Shown in pieces: positions 1 to 7,141 of a stretch of 11,141 nucleotides of DNA. The number at the start of each line of letters is the position of its first letter. Within the stretch, counting starts at the first letter, position 1. A model generated the notes under the pieces. The model was not told the origin of the DNA, ran no database searches, and saw nothing but the letters and a program-made list of their open reading frames with translations. The stretch spans positions 1 to 11,141 of the IMG/VR virus record IMGVR_UViG_2563366948_000006. One strand, 5' to 3'. Both the position numbers and the translations under genes were made by a program. The DNA comes from a virus (taxonomy: Duplodnaviria > Heunggongvirae > Uroviricota > Caudoviricetes).

Positions 1-303
1 TTCTCCCAAACCAAGGTTTTCGAGAGCCGTTTTCACTGTGCCATCCGATTTGATATCGCCAAACGGATTCTTGCGGCTTAACAGCAGCGCACGAAGCGCG
101 GTAAGCAACTGGTCGTGCCGCGCCTTCTCCAGACTGGCACCGGATGTCTCCACCACGCTGCAAAGCTCTTCCTGCAACATGTCAAAGTAGTCATCATCCA
201 GATCGGTGGCAGGCGTGCCTGTCTGGGGGTTACCACGGGTAAAACCGTTTTTACCCGCGCCGAACTTATCCTTCTGCGCGGTTTTCGTGTCTATACGATG
301 CAT
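1..303 (-). CDS. Phage tail fibre protein, N-terminal fragment (gene runs off the window at position 1)
   Basis: Reverse-strand ORF with ATG at 303-301 and GGAG 7 nt upstream; translates [101 protein letters not shown]. The GNPxTGTPAT...QEEL stretch matches, from recall, the conserved N-terminal region of enterobacterial phage tail fibres. Absent from the ORF track because it is incomplete. Confidence 0.5.
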   Translation of the reverse strand, partial: MHRIDTKTAQKDKFGAGKNGFTRGNPQTGTPATDLDDDYFDMLQEELCSVVETSGASLEKARHDQLLTALRALLLSRKNPFGDIKSDGTVKTALENLGLGE

Positions 304-306
304 GGA

Positions 307-1362
307 TTACTCCGGATATTTAAAAATTACGTAGGTATGCGACGGGCAGAGTTTGTTAAGCACGCACTCGACAACGGTGTCGCCCCAGATAAACAAGCGA
401 CGGTTAAGCTCCTGCTCCCAGTTCGTCACCCACGGCATCATCGTGTAGCGGACAAACTGAATCGCCTGCGCAGAAATATTGGAGAAGGTGGCTTTTTCGA
501 GGTCATTAATCATGTGCGCAGGAATATTGAAAATACCGGCAATCATTGAACGGTTCAGTTTCATCATGTCAATGATCTGAGCGTCAACTGGCGACACAGT
601 CAGTGCCTTGTAATCCAGATCGGCTGGCAGCAGCATGGTTTTGTTTTCCTGGCTGCGTAACGCCTGCGATGCCTTCTGCCACTGATCTTTAAGCCAGCCC
701 CAGCTGTCCTTATTGAGTCCGCTTTTAACGGATACTATCCCCGCCGGACGGGCATTACCGCTGAAGAAGCTTTCTGTGTATTTCTGACCGCTCATCCCCA
801 TGCCTATTGTTTCGGCATGTTGCATAATCGGACTCAGCCCCATCTTCTGATTATTACCCAGCGCACGGATGTGGATCATATCGTCGGGGCTGATCGCAAA
901 CGCCCCATATTCGTTGTACAAACCGTAGGTGTATCGACCACCAGTATTCATCAGCGTCGTTTCCCACGGCATACAGCAATCCAGGGATATGACTTCACCG
1001 CGACGATTACGTTTCACCCAGGTATACCCATTCCCCCAGCCAAGGATGTGACGTTGCTTCAGTTCGCGCCATTTGTAACTGGTTTGCCAGGTATTGGGCT
1101 CATCATGAACCAGATAAAACGCCGGATGATCGCGTGCGGGCTCAACCTTCCCATTGTGCCTGCGCATAACATGCAACGGCATCTGGGCAAGGCTGGAAGA
1201 CAGGACATAGATACAGGAATACACCGCAGCCAGTTTCATCGAAGTTTCAGGACTGACATAAACGTCTGCCCGGAACAGCCCATCAGTATCAACGGCATCC
1301 CCGGTTATCGGGGTGGAAGGATTCTCCAGTGATTTACTTCTGAACAGAGCATCAAGCAGCAC
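307..1362 (-). CDS. Phage portal protein, HK97 family; probably C-terminally truncated
   Basis: Translation contains portal-like blocks [62 protein letters not shown] and [16 protein letters not shown], and sits just downstream of TerL. Start placed at GTG 1362 (AAGGGGG-type SD upstream); the longest ORF starts at GTG 1392 and an in-frame ATG is at 1239. The protein ends about 25 aa after the [10 protein letters not shown] block, whereas HK97-family portals as I recall them continue well beyond it. Confidence 0.65.
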   Translation of the reverse strand: MLLDALFRSKSLENPSTPITGDAVDTDGLFRADVYVSPETSMKLAAVYSCIYVLSSSLAQMPLHVMRRHNGKVEPARDHPAFYLVHDEPNTWQTSYKWRELKQRHILGWGNGYTWVKRNRRGEVISLDCCMPWETTLMNTGGRYTYGLYNEYGAFAISPDDMIHIRALGNNQKMGLSPIMQHAETIGMGMSGQKYTESFFSGNARPAGIVSVKSGLNKDSWGWLKDQWQKASQALRSQENKTMLLPADLDYKALTVSPVDAQIIDMMKLNRSMIAGIFNIPAHMINDLEKATFSNISAQAIQFVRYTMMPWVTNWEQELNRRLFIWGDTVVECVLNKLCPSHTYVIFKYPE

Positions 1363-1513
1363 GCGTCCCCCTTCTGGCCATAGCCAGTGCACCCACCAGC
1401 AGTAAACCGCCGGACAGCATCAGAGCCGGAGCCATACCAAACTGCAGGTAAAACCCGCACGTAAGCAGGCCAAAACCAGCCAGCCCGATAACATCAGCAA
1501 TTAGTGATTTCAT
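1352..1513 (-). CDS. Small hydrophobic protein (53 aa, two predicted TM helices), function unknown
   Basis: Not in the ORF track. ATG at 1513-1511 overlaps the TerL stop (ATGA overlap); translates [53 protein letters not shown], stop at 1354-1352. Overlaps the portal start by about 11 nt. Confidence 0.4.
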   Translation of the reverse strand: MKSLIADVIGLAGFGLLTCGFYLQFGMAPALMLSGGLLLVGALAMARRGTRAA

Positions 1514-3243
1514 AGAATTAAGAGAGCATCGTCCGGATCAAGAGATGAGAGGAAATCGTCGGGTTCTTTGAGCATTGCCCGACCGATCGCCATAATCAGT
1601 GCAACCGCACCATCGATTTTGTTTTCCGCCTGCTCCTTGACAGGCTTCACCACATCATCGTTACCCGGAATGGTTTTGCCGACCACGTTGCCGATACACC
1701 AGGTCATGATGGGATTGCCATCATGATGAAAGCGCCCCGATTCAATTGCCGCTTCCAGCTCTTTCATCGGGTCGGACATGTTGGTGTAGTTCTGAATGAT
1801 GGTGACGGGGTTCAGGTCTTCATCAGCAAGGTCATGTGACAGCCCGGTCGCCCCGAAGGGGTCGATGGGTGACTCGCTGACCGGGCTGATTTTGTTCGCC
1901 GCTTTGGCCTCCTCGAGGATGTAGCGATAATCCACCTCCGCACCATCGGTAACGGTCAGAACCCCCATCTCCACCCATTTCTGAAAGCGTTCGGCTGTCC
2001 GGCGATCTTCATTTTTCTCGACGCTGTACACCGTGTCATACGGTACCCAGAAGCGCGGAGCCACACTGTAGTAATGCGTTTTACCGTCAATCTCGCGGGT
2101 ATAAAGTCGCGCCATACTGTTCATATCCAGCTTACGCGCCAGGTCAAAGGCCAGGATGCACGGTTGCCCCTCGAACTGCTCAAGGGACAGTGATTTATCC
2201 TCGCAGCTCTGCCAGCTCACCAGGTTGAAATACGCCGAACGTGCCGACACCCAGATATTGAGGTGTTTTGTTTTAAAGACGTTTGCCAGACGGGCGTTAT
2301 TTTTCGCACGCTGCTGCTGACTTAACAAAAATTCGCGATAAACCGACACGCCAATATTTGGATTGGCTTTTTCCAGCACCTGCGGGTCGATCCAGTCGTC
2401 ACCTTCATCAACGGTATAGATGATCCCGAACAGTTCATCGTTAGGCACCGAGCCGTTGAGCATCTCGATGACTTCCCGCCGCTTGTCGTAGCACGGCCCC
2501 TCAATGTTGTACCCGGCGGTGGTGATGGCCCACATCAGTGGCTGACGTCGCGCCCCCATCCCGGTAAGCATTGTGGTATAAAGCGCATCGGTGGCATGCT
2601 CGTGATATTCATCAACCACGGCACAGTGGGGTGATGAACCATCACCGGGGTTGCCGATCAGCGGTTCAAACCGCGCGCCATCCTCCGGACGGTTCATGTT
2701 TGAGGCGTTAACCTCAATCCCGAACGCTTCCGTCAGCATGGGTGTGCGTTTACACATCAGTCGCGCCGGACGAAAAACTTCCCACGCCTGTTTCTCTGTC
2801 GTGGCACCGGAATACACTTCCGCGCCAAACTCGTTATCACAGGCAAAACAATACAGGGCAACACCGGCAGAGATTGCCGATTTGCCGTTCTTACGGGGGA
2901 TTTCGGTATACACCTCCCGGAAGCGGCGCAGCCGGGAGCCTTTATTGACCCAGCCAAACGCACAGCAGATCACAAAGAGCTGCCACGGCTCCAGCGTGAT
3001 GGGCATCCGTTTGAATGCCCACTCCCCCTTGGTGTGTGGCAACAGCTGAATAAATTTCGCGGCCCGTTCAGCCAGGTCCTTGTCGAAGCGGTAACGAAAC
3101 GACTTACTTTTTTCCGCCATCAGGTCATCAAGATGGCGCTGGCAGGCCTGAATCACAAACTGGCAGGCCACAATCTTTCCGCGCACGACATCACGGGCAT
3201 ACTGATTAGCAGCATTTACGTTGGGGTAAGATTTCCGGCTCAT
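1510..3243 (-). CDS. terL: Phage terminase large subunit (TerL, Terminase_1-type ATPase plus nuclease)
   Basis: 577-aa ORF, ATG at 3243 overlapping the TerS stop (ATGA). N-terminus [30 protein letters not shown] and overall length and content are typical of HK97-like large terminases; followed by the portal. Confidence 0.88.
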   Translation of the reverse strand: MSRKSYPNVNAANQYARDVVRGKIVACQFVIQACQRHLDDLMAEKSKSFRYRFDKDLAERAAKFIQLLPHTKGEWAFKRMPITLEPWQLFVICCAFGWVNKGSRLRRFREVYTEIPRKNGKSAISAGVALYCFACDNEFGAEVYSGATTEKQAWEVFRPARLMCKRTPMLTEAFGIEVNASNMNRPEDGARFEPLIGNPGDGSSPHCAVVDEYHEHATDALYTTMLTGMGARRQPLMWAITTAGYNIEGPCYDKRREVIEMLNGSVPNDELFGIIYTVDEGDDWIDPQVLEKANPNIGVSVYREFLLSQQQRAKNNARLANVFKTKHLNIWVSARSAYFNLVSWQSCEDKSLSLEQFEGQPCILAFDLARKLDMNSMARLYTREIDGKTHYYSVAPRFWVPYDTVYSVEKNEDRRTAERFQKWVEMGVLTVTDGAEVDYRYILEEAKAANKISPVSESPIDPFGATGLSHDLADEDLNPVTIIQNYTNMSDPMKELEAAIESGRFHHDGNPIMTWCIGNVVGKTIPGNDDVVKPVKEQAENKIDGAVALIMAIGRAMLKEPDDFLSSLDPDDALLIL

Positions 3244-3734
3244 GACTCGATGATTTTCAGAAACGGGTTAGTGGCTTTCTTCTGCCCCGCCAGGCCAATC
3301 AGACGCTGGCGGCTGCTGGGGTCGAGTCCGAGCATTGCACCCGTGCTGCTCATCTCGGACTCCTGTTCTTTTTTGGCGGTCAGCTCCGGATTTTTGACCA
3401 TGCCGCCCATTGCACCGGTGATGGTGTTGCCCTGTCTGGCAATATTTTTCACGGCACGTCGCCAGAACTCATAGGCCACGCACCACCGCTCAAGTACCGC
3501 CAGGTCAGTCACGCACAGCAGGCCCTGACCGCAGAGTTCTTTGGTTGTCAGTTGCCACATGATCGTGGCGAGAGGGAGCTCTTCTTCTGTGAACCACTCC
3601 GGTGGCTCAACACCTTTGATGGGCGTAAAAACAGGTTCATCTTTATTCAGGGCTCGCTTGCCGGGGTTTCCGGCCAGCGCCTTGCGCGCCGTTGGCTTGG
3701 GGCGACGCCCGGAACGCCCCGCCGTTCCAGCCAT
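3240..3734 (-). CDS. terS: Phage terminase small subunit, P27 family
   Basis: Translation from ATG 3734 (AGGAG 8 nt upstream) begins [34 protein letters not shown], the characteristic P27-family TerS N-terminus (GRPxKPT...L.GNPGKR.LN). The track ORF begins 3 codons earlier at a GTG (3743). Confidence 0.8.
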   Translation of the reverse strand: MAGTAGRSGRRPKPTARKALAGNPGKRALNKDEPVFTPIKGVEPPEWFTEEELPLATIMWQLTTKELCGQGLLCVTDLAVLERWCVAYEFWRRAVKNIARQGNTITGAMGGMVKNPELTAKKEQESEMSSTGAMLGLDPSSRQRLIGLAGQKKATNPFLKIIES

Positions 3735-3743
3735 ATGCGGCAC

Positions 3744-3860
3744 TCCTGGTTAAATTTCATTTTTCGCGGGTATAAAAAAACGATGGGGCGGGCAGTCCGG
3801 AAGGCGCGCGGTCGCAGAGATTTGACCTCCCCCTCCCCAGTCTGATGATGACATTAATTA
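3744..3860. other. HNH-TerS intergenic region; candidate cos (cohesive end) site
   Basis: 117-bp non-coding gap between HNH and TerS containing a GC-rich block (plus strand GGGGCGGGCAGTCCGGAAGGCGCGCGGTCGCAG, then GACCTCCCCCTCCCCAG). In HK97-type phages cos lies between the HNH gene and terS. Exact cut sites cannot be read from sequence. Confidence 0.3.
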
Positions 3861-4211
3861 TCACTTGAGCCGCTCACGCGCGGTCTTCGCTGCGTGACAC
3901 GACCAGCACAGGCTTTCAAGGTTGCTGTCTTCATCAGTACCGCCGTGGGCCTTCGCCTTGATGTGGTCCACGCAGGACGCCTGCTTCACTATCGCCTGCC
4001 GTAGATGGTTCTGACACAGCCCTTTGTCGCGCTTAAGTATCCGCTCCCGGATGACTTCCCACTTTGTTCCGTATCCTCGCTGCTGCCGTGATTGACCAGG
4101 CTTGTAGGACTTCCAGCCTTCACCTTTGTGATTTTCACAGTAGCCAGATGGGTCTGTTGTGGTGTTGCGACAGCCGCGAACACGGCAAGCCTTTGGTGTG
4201 CGCGGTGGCAT
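3861..4211 (-). CDS. HNH endonuclease (packaging-associated)
   Basis: ATG at 4211 with GGGGAG upstream; 116 aa; cysteine-rich N-terminus (CRVRGCRN...CENH) and HNH core CQNH...VDHIKAKAHGGTDEDSNLESLCWSCHAAKT; located immediately upstream of TerS. The track ORF starts 13 codons earlier at a GTG. Confidence 0.82.
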   Translation of the reverse strand: MPPRTPKACRVRGCRNTTTDPSGYCENHKGEGWKSYKPGQSRQQRGYGTKWEVIRERILKRDKGLCQNHLRQAIVKQASCVDHIKAKAHGGTDEDSNLESLCWSCHAAKTARERLK

Positions 4212-4274
4212 ATTCACTCCCCAAAAAACGTATAGCATTATCGCAGACACTTAATGAATGCCTGCTGAATGCCA

Positions 4275-4472
4275 CTAATCGTCGAGTTGCAATACACCGT
4301 GCTCAAGTGACTCTGAGTAAGCGATCAGCCCTGTGTATTCAGGGATAATCTCGCCATCATCCGCTTCGAATTCCGGGATTGTACCAGTGGTGATGGTGTA
4401 TTGGGGCTGACCATCTTCTTTCGCGAATGCTGCTAGGTCTTCAATCTGCTTAGCTGTAAGAACTACTGTCAT
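4275..4472 (-). CDS. Small highly acidic protein (65 aa), function unknown
   Basis: ATG at 4472 with GAGGT 7 nt upstream (the track start at 4478 is an ATG two codons earlier). Translation MTVVLTAKQIEDLAAFAKEDGQPQYTITTGTIPEFEADDGEIIPEYTGLIAYSESLEHGVLQLDD has about 14 D/E versus 2 K and no R. Confidence 0.55.
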   Translation of the reverse strand: MTVVLTAKQIEDLAAFAKEDGQPQYTITTGTIPEFEADDGEIIPEYTGLIAYSESLEHGVLQLDD

Positions 4473-4490
4473 GCTCATACCTCAGTTGTT

Positions 4491-4513
4491 AAAAAGCCCC
4501 GCTATTGCGAGGC
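4491..4513 (-). terminator. Rho-independent terminator downstream of the moron membrane-protein gene
   Basis: Minus-strand RNA would read GCCUCGC-AAUA-GCGGGGC followed by UUUUU (7-bp stem with one G-U pair, 4-nt loop, U-tract), 24 nt after the stop of ORF 4537..4812. Confidence 0.55.
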
Positions 4514-4536
4514 TATGATTGACTAAAGTGATGCTG

Positions 4537-4812
4537 TCAGGTGTGGGTCCAAATGAATTTAACAATCCCAATAATGCTAGCCAGAACGCCAAAACCAAAA
4601 ATAAATTGACCACATACCCCTATGATTCCCGATGCAATGGCACCGGCATTTGTCTGAGCATTTTCGTTTATGCTCGCCCCCACTAGATACATAATCAAAC
4701 CAACTATGAGAGATGCGATAATCCAATGTTCCACTGCTAATACAATTACAATGCTCAAAATATCTGCTAAACCATCACTATGACCACTCACTGCATATCC
4801 TTGCTTTGACAT
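4537..4812 (-). CDS. Small integral membrane protein (91 aa, glycine-rich TM segments) carried on an AT-rich moron
   Basis: Translation MSKQGYAVSGHSDGLADILSIVIVLAVEHWIIASLIVGLIMYLVGASINENAQTNAGAIASGIIGVCGQFIFGFGVLASIIGIVKFIWTHT is hydrophobic with GxxxG-like spacing. The surrounding roughly 4480-4880 is visibly more AT-rich than the flanking phage genes; in-frame stops lie just upstream of the ATG; a TATAAT sits about 20 nt upstream and a terminator downstream. Confidence 0.6.
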   Translation of the reverse strand: MSKQGYAVSGHSDGLADILSIVIVLAVEHWIIASLIVGLIMYLVGASINENAQTNAGAIASGIIGVCGQFIFGFGVLASIIGIVKFIWTHT

Positions 4813-4878
4813 TTGAAAAATTCATCACTGGATTATAATTGTTTACACCCTTCATAGTCGTTCGAATATGATAAAAAA

Positions 4879-5415
4879 TCAATTGTGGGGGATAGCGTTA
4901 TTTGACTCTCTCAACGAGTCGTAAATACGTTCACACGTCATCCCGGCGGTGTAGCGTTCGTCAGCGATTCCAGCATAACGTTTAGCTTCTGCTGCAATAT
5001 CTCCGAGCATGTCGGCGAACATTCCGGCGTCGGCGTCGGTTGTTTTGCTTCGGACGGCAGCGGCAAGATCAGCGGTGTGCTTTGCGGCGTCCAGGCGTGC
5101 GGCAAGCTTTGTTGCTTCGGTACGCAACTGGCTAACAGTGGCAGACAGGCCAGCAGCAGTGGCAGCAGATTTAGCGGCTTGTGCTTGTGCATCTTTTACA
5201 GCCTCATCACGGGCAATTATGCGCCCTTGTTCAATCCAGCGTGCGGCAGTCTGCGCGTTCGCTTCCTGTGAAGATTCCATGCTATTGTGGTCAGCCCACT
5301 TCTTTTGCCAGCCCCGCTCACTCCAGATGTTCCCGGCAAGAAATGCACCAGCCAACATCAGCAAAACAATGATTGTTTTCCACCGCGCCTGAACAAAAGC
5401 AAAGACCGCTGTCAT
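4879..5415 (-). CDS. Rz: Rz-like i-spanin (inner-membrane spanin subunit)
   Basis: ATG at 5415 overlaps the endolysin stop (ATGA). N-terminal TM helix ([19 protein letters not shown]) followed by an Ala/Gln/Lys-rich coiled-coil-like periplasmic domain; position right after the endolysin; contains an embedded lipoprotein ORF. Confidence 0.72.
   Translation of the reverse strand: MTAVFAFVQARWKTIIVLLMLAGAFLAGNIWSERGWQKKWADHNSMESSQEANAQTAARWIEQGRIIARDEAVKDAQAQAAKSAATAAGLSATVSQLRTEATKLAARLDAAKHTADLAAAVRSKTTDADAGMFADMLGDIAAEAKRYAGIADERYTAGMTCERIYDSLRESNNAIPHN
4938..5192 (-). CDS. Rz1: Rz1-like o-spanin (outer-membrane lipoprotein), embedded in Rz in another frame
   Basis: ATG at 5192; [23 protein letters not shown] carries a signal peptide with lipobox (LLAS-C), followed by a proline-rich mature region; wholly inside the Rz coding region, the classical embedded arrangement. 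Confidence 0.65.
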   Translation of the reverse strand: MHKHKPLNLLPLLLACLPLLASCVPKQQSLPHAWTPQSTPLILPLPSEAKQPTPTPECSPTCSEILQQKLNVMLESLTNATPPG

Positions 5416-6029
5416 ACCAGCAACGCCGCCCGCGCTTTGTTATAACGACTATTTCTGTCAGCCAGTCCATTCTGGCCACCGTTGATGATCTGCGTTACAC
5501 GGACAACATCACCTGAATACATCAGACAACCACGTAATGTGAAATACCATGCAGCAGAACGGGCTGCATGTTTCTCCTGTGTCAGCAACTCTGGTGTGCT
5601 GATCAGATCCAACTTCAGCGCCGCACCGCATTTGGCGTAGTTCTCGCGGCCGGTGATTTGAAGCAGGCCACGACCGCGATATTTCCAGCCGTCACCCTGG
5701 CTGTTATTCCCCATGCGGTCACCATAAACCAGATTGGCTATTTGCGGCTGGTGGGCTACCTGCTTACCATCGACACGCCCCAGCATTTCACACTGATAAG
5801 GCGTCAGGCGTTTACTAAAGGTTTTCTTCAGCCCGTCTACCGAGTAGTTGAAGCTTTCCACCAGCGAGGTAAAACCAGCAGATTCATGCCCAACTTGTGC
5901 AATGAACATGGCCTGATCGTTAACTGCTGTGATTCCAAACTCTTTCATTGCAGCATCAATGTGCGGAAACCAGCGCGCAGCCAGCCCGGCGCTAATACCA
6001 GCCGCCTTTTGAAATAATTGTTGGTTCAT
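5412..6029 (-). CDS. Endolysin, glycoside hydrolase family 19 (chitinase-like lysozyme)
   Basis: 205 aa with GH19-type blocks [35 protein letters not shown] and AAWYFTL; start ATG overlaps the upstream holin stop (TAATG); followed by Rz/Rz1. Confidence 0.85.
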   Translation of the reverse strand: MNQQLFQKAAGISAGLAARWFPHIDAAMKEFGITAVNDQAMFIAQVGHESAGFTSLVESFNYSVDGLKKTFSKRLTPYQCEMLGRVDGKQVAHQPQIANLVYGDRMGNNSQGDGWKYRGRGLLQITGRENYAKCGAALKLDLISTPELLTQEKHAARSAAWYFTLRGCLMYSGDVVRVTQIINGGQNGLADRNSRYNKARAALLV

Positions 6030-6310
6030 TAGTGCCTCAGATGATCAACCAGACGTGCAACGTTGCCTCTGACGGCCACCAGCACGGAAAGAAAAATAGT
6101 GTTCGCCACGATAATGGGCCATGAGGAATGGGGATAAATCCCACAGAGATAGGCCAACGGAACAGCACTGTATGTAACAGTAATCAGCCAGGCTAAACGT
6201 GAAACCCAAGGACGATGCCGCGAATAACCACGACGATAAAACATCAGAGTAATAACAACACAAGCACATAACAGCGCATTTATAGTTGCTGTCGGGTCAT
6301 TTAGCTCCAC
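6029..6310 (-). CDS. Putative holin (93 aa, three predicted TM helices)
   Basis: GTG start at 6310 with GGAGG 5 nt upstream; hydrophobic segments INALLCACVVITLMFY, LAWLITVTYSAVPLAYLCGIY and WPIIVANTIFLSVLVAV; charged C-terminus; immediately upstream of, and coupled to, the endolysin gene. Confidence 0.55.
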   Translation of the reverse strand: MELNDPTATINALLCACVVITLMFYRRGYSRHRPWVSRLAWLITVTYSAVPLAYLCGIYPHSSWPIIVANTIFLSVLVAVRGNVARLVDHLRH

Positions 6311-6626
6311 CTGAACCTCCCCGGCGCGTTATGAGCGCCACCAGCGAGCCGATATCCTGATTATTCAGGAACGTCAGGATTTTAACGGCTAAAGCAGAGA
6401 CGATTACGGCACCAATAGCATCCAGAGGTTTATCACTGTATCCGGTCAAGTGCGCCAGCTTGGAGCCAACCAACCCAGAGCAAAGGATCCCGGCAATATA
6501 TGACACGATAAAATATGCCAGTCGGCGCGATGCACTCAGATCTGCTGCTGTTGCTATGTAGAATACCGTCCTTTTTACAAAACAGAGAAGAGCATCACCG
6601 GACGACGGGCTCATAACCCAATCCAT
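6297..6626 (-). CDS. Holin-like membrane protein (start uncertain: GTG 6641, ATG 6626 or ATG 6614)
   Basis: At least two TM segments (LAYFIVSYIAGILCSGLVG, LDAIGAVIVSALAVKILTFL) and a charged C-terminal tail QDIGSLVALITRRGGSGGAK that resembles, from recall, the C-terminus of lambda S; two closely spaced in-frame Met codons (MDWVMSPSS) could allow a dual-start arrangement. No strong SD at any candidate start. Confidence 0.5.
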   Translation of the reverse strand: MDWVMSPSSGDALLCFVKRTVFYIATAADLSASRRLAYFIVSYIAGILCSGLVGSKLAHLTGYSDKPLDAIGAVIVSALAVKILTFLNNQDIGSLVALITRRGGSGGAK

Positions 6627-6665
6627 CCGGGCGGCTGCCACCGCAGGTGTTCTTCTCTGTTTTGT
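6577..6665. repeat. 18-bp inverted repeat (17/18 match) separated by 53 bp at the lysis / early-operon junction
   Basis: Plus strand 6577-6594 ACAAAACAGAGAAGAGCA; the reverse complement of 6648-6665 is ACAAAACAGAGAAGAACA (15 bp perfect core). Left arm lies in the 5' end of the holin-like ORF, right arm in the divergent intergenic region upstream of yfdP. Confidence 0.7.
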
Positions 6666-6713
6666 GGAGAAACTAATCGGCCTTGCAGGGTCGATATGAT
6701 GAGGAGCAGCAAA

Positions 6714-7076
6714 ATGGCTAGCGAACGCAGTACTGATGTGCAGGCATTTATCGGGGAGCTGGACGGCGGCGTATTTGAAACCAAAATCGGCGCAGTTCTC
6801 AGTGAAGTCGCTTCCGGTGTGATGAACACGAAAACCAAAGGTAAGGTCTCACTCAACCTGGAAATCGAACCATTTGATGAGAACCGTGTGAAAATCAAAC
6901 ACAAACTCTCATATGTTCGCCCGACTAACCGCGGGAAAATTTCCGAAGAAGACACCACCGAAACGCCGATGTATGTCAATCGCGGTGGTCGCCTGACTAT
7001 TCTGCAGGAAGACCAGGGACAGTTACTGACTCTTGCCGGTGAACCTGACGGAAAACTCCGCGCAGCAGGTCGTTAA
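6714..7076 (+). CDS. yfdP: YfdP-like conserved prophage early protein (120 aa), function unknown
   Basis: ATG at 6714 with GAGGAG upstream gives 120 aa (MASERSTDVQAFIGELDGG...); first gene of a same-strand operon whose sizes (120, 274, 178, 120 aa) and order match E. coli K-12 KplE1 yfdP-yfdQ-yfdR-yfdS as I recall them. Confidence 0.55.
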   Translation: MASERSTDVQAFIGELDGGVFETKIGAVLSEVASGVMNTKTKGKVSLNLEIEPFDENRVKIKHKLSYVRPTNRGKISEEDTTETPMYVNRGGRLTILQEDQGQLLTLAGEPDGKLRAAGR

Positions 7077-7141
7077 TATCGTTTTTAATTAACTGATTAT
7101 TTATCTCATCACTGAATATCTTTATATAGTGAGGACTTATT

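Noticed and set aside
115-549. 144-aa plus-strand ORF
   Set aside because: Antisense to the tail-fibre start and portal 3' end, which have clear protein-family-like translations; no RBS; most likely a shadow ORF.
817-1332. 171-aa plus-strand ORF
   Set aside because: Lies entirely antisense within the portal gene; composition typical of a shadow ORF.
2322-3049. Several 60-132 aa ORFs on both strands inside the TerL region (2322..2504, 2651..3049, 2742..2948, 2757..2963)
   Set aside because: All are embedded in or antisense to the 577-aa terminase large-subunit ORF; Arg/Ser/Pro-rich low-complexity translations typical of off-frame reads.
3782-3816. Identity of the GC-rich block with lambda cosN
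   Set aside because: Only loose resemblance in composition (GGGCGG-type runs); not a sequence match, so it is reported only as a positional candidate cos for an HK97-type system.
3034-3845. Plus-strand ORFs 3034..3474, 3541..3753 and 3552..3845
   Set aside because: Antisense to TerL, TerS and the candidate cos region; no support as genes.
3989-4348. ORFs 3989..4183 (-) and 4064..4348 (+)
   Set aside because: Overlap the HNH endonuclease gene in alternative frames or antisense; the HNH frame carries the recognisable motif.
5009-5392. Plus-strand ORFs antisense to Rz/Rz1 (5009..5392, 5077..5271, 5181..5372)
   Set aside because: Ala/Ser/Arg-rich translations antisense to the coiled-coil spanin gene; typical shadow ORFs of GC-rich repetitive coding sequence.
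5568-6017. 149-aa plus-strand ORF
   Set aside because: Antisense to the GH19 endolysin gene.
6045-6269. 74-aa minus-strand ORF in an alternative frame of the 93-aa holin gene
   Set aside because: Nested in another frame of a membrane-protein gene that has a strong SD and coupling to the endolysin; no independent start signals.
6611-6979. 122-aa minus-strand ORF
   Set aside because: Antisense to the yfdP-like gene, which has a good SD and matches the expected 120-aa product.
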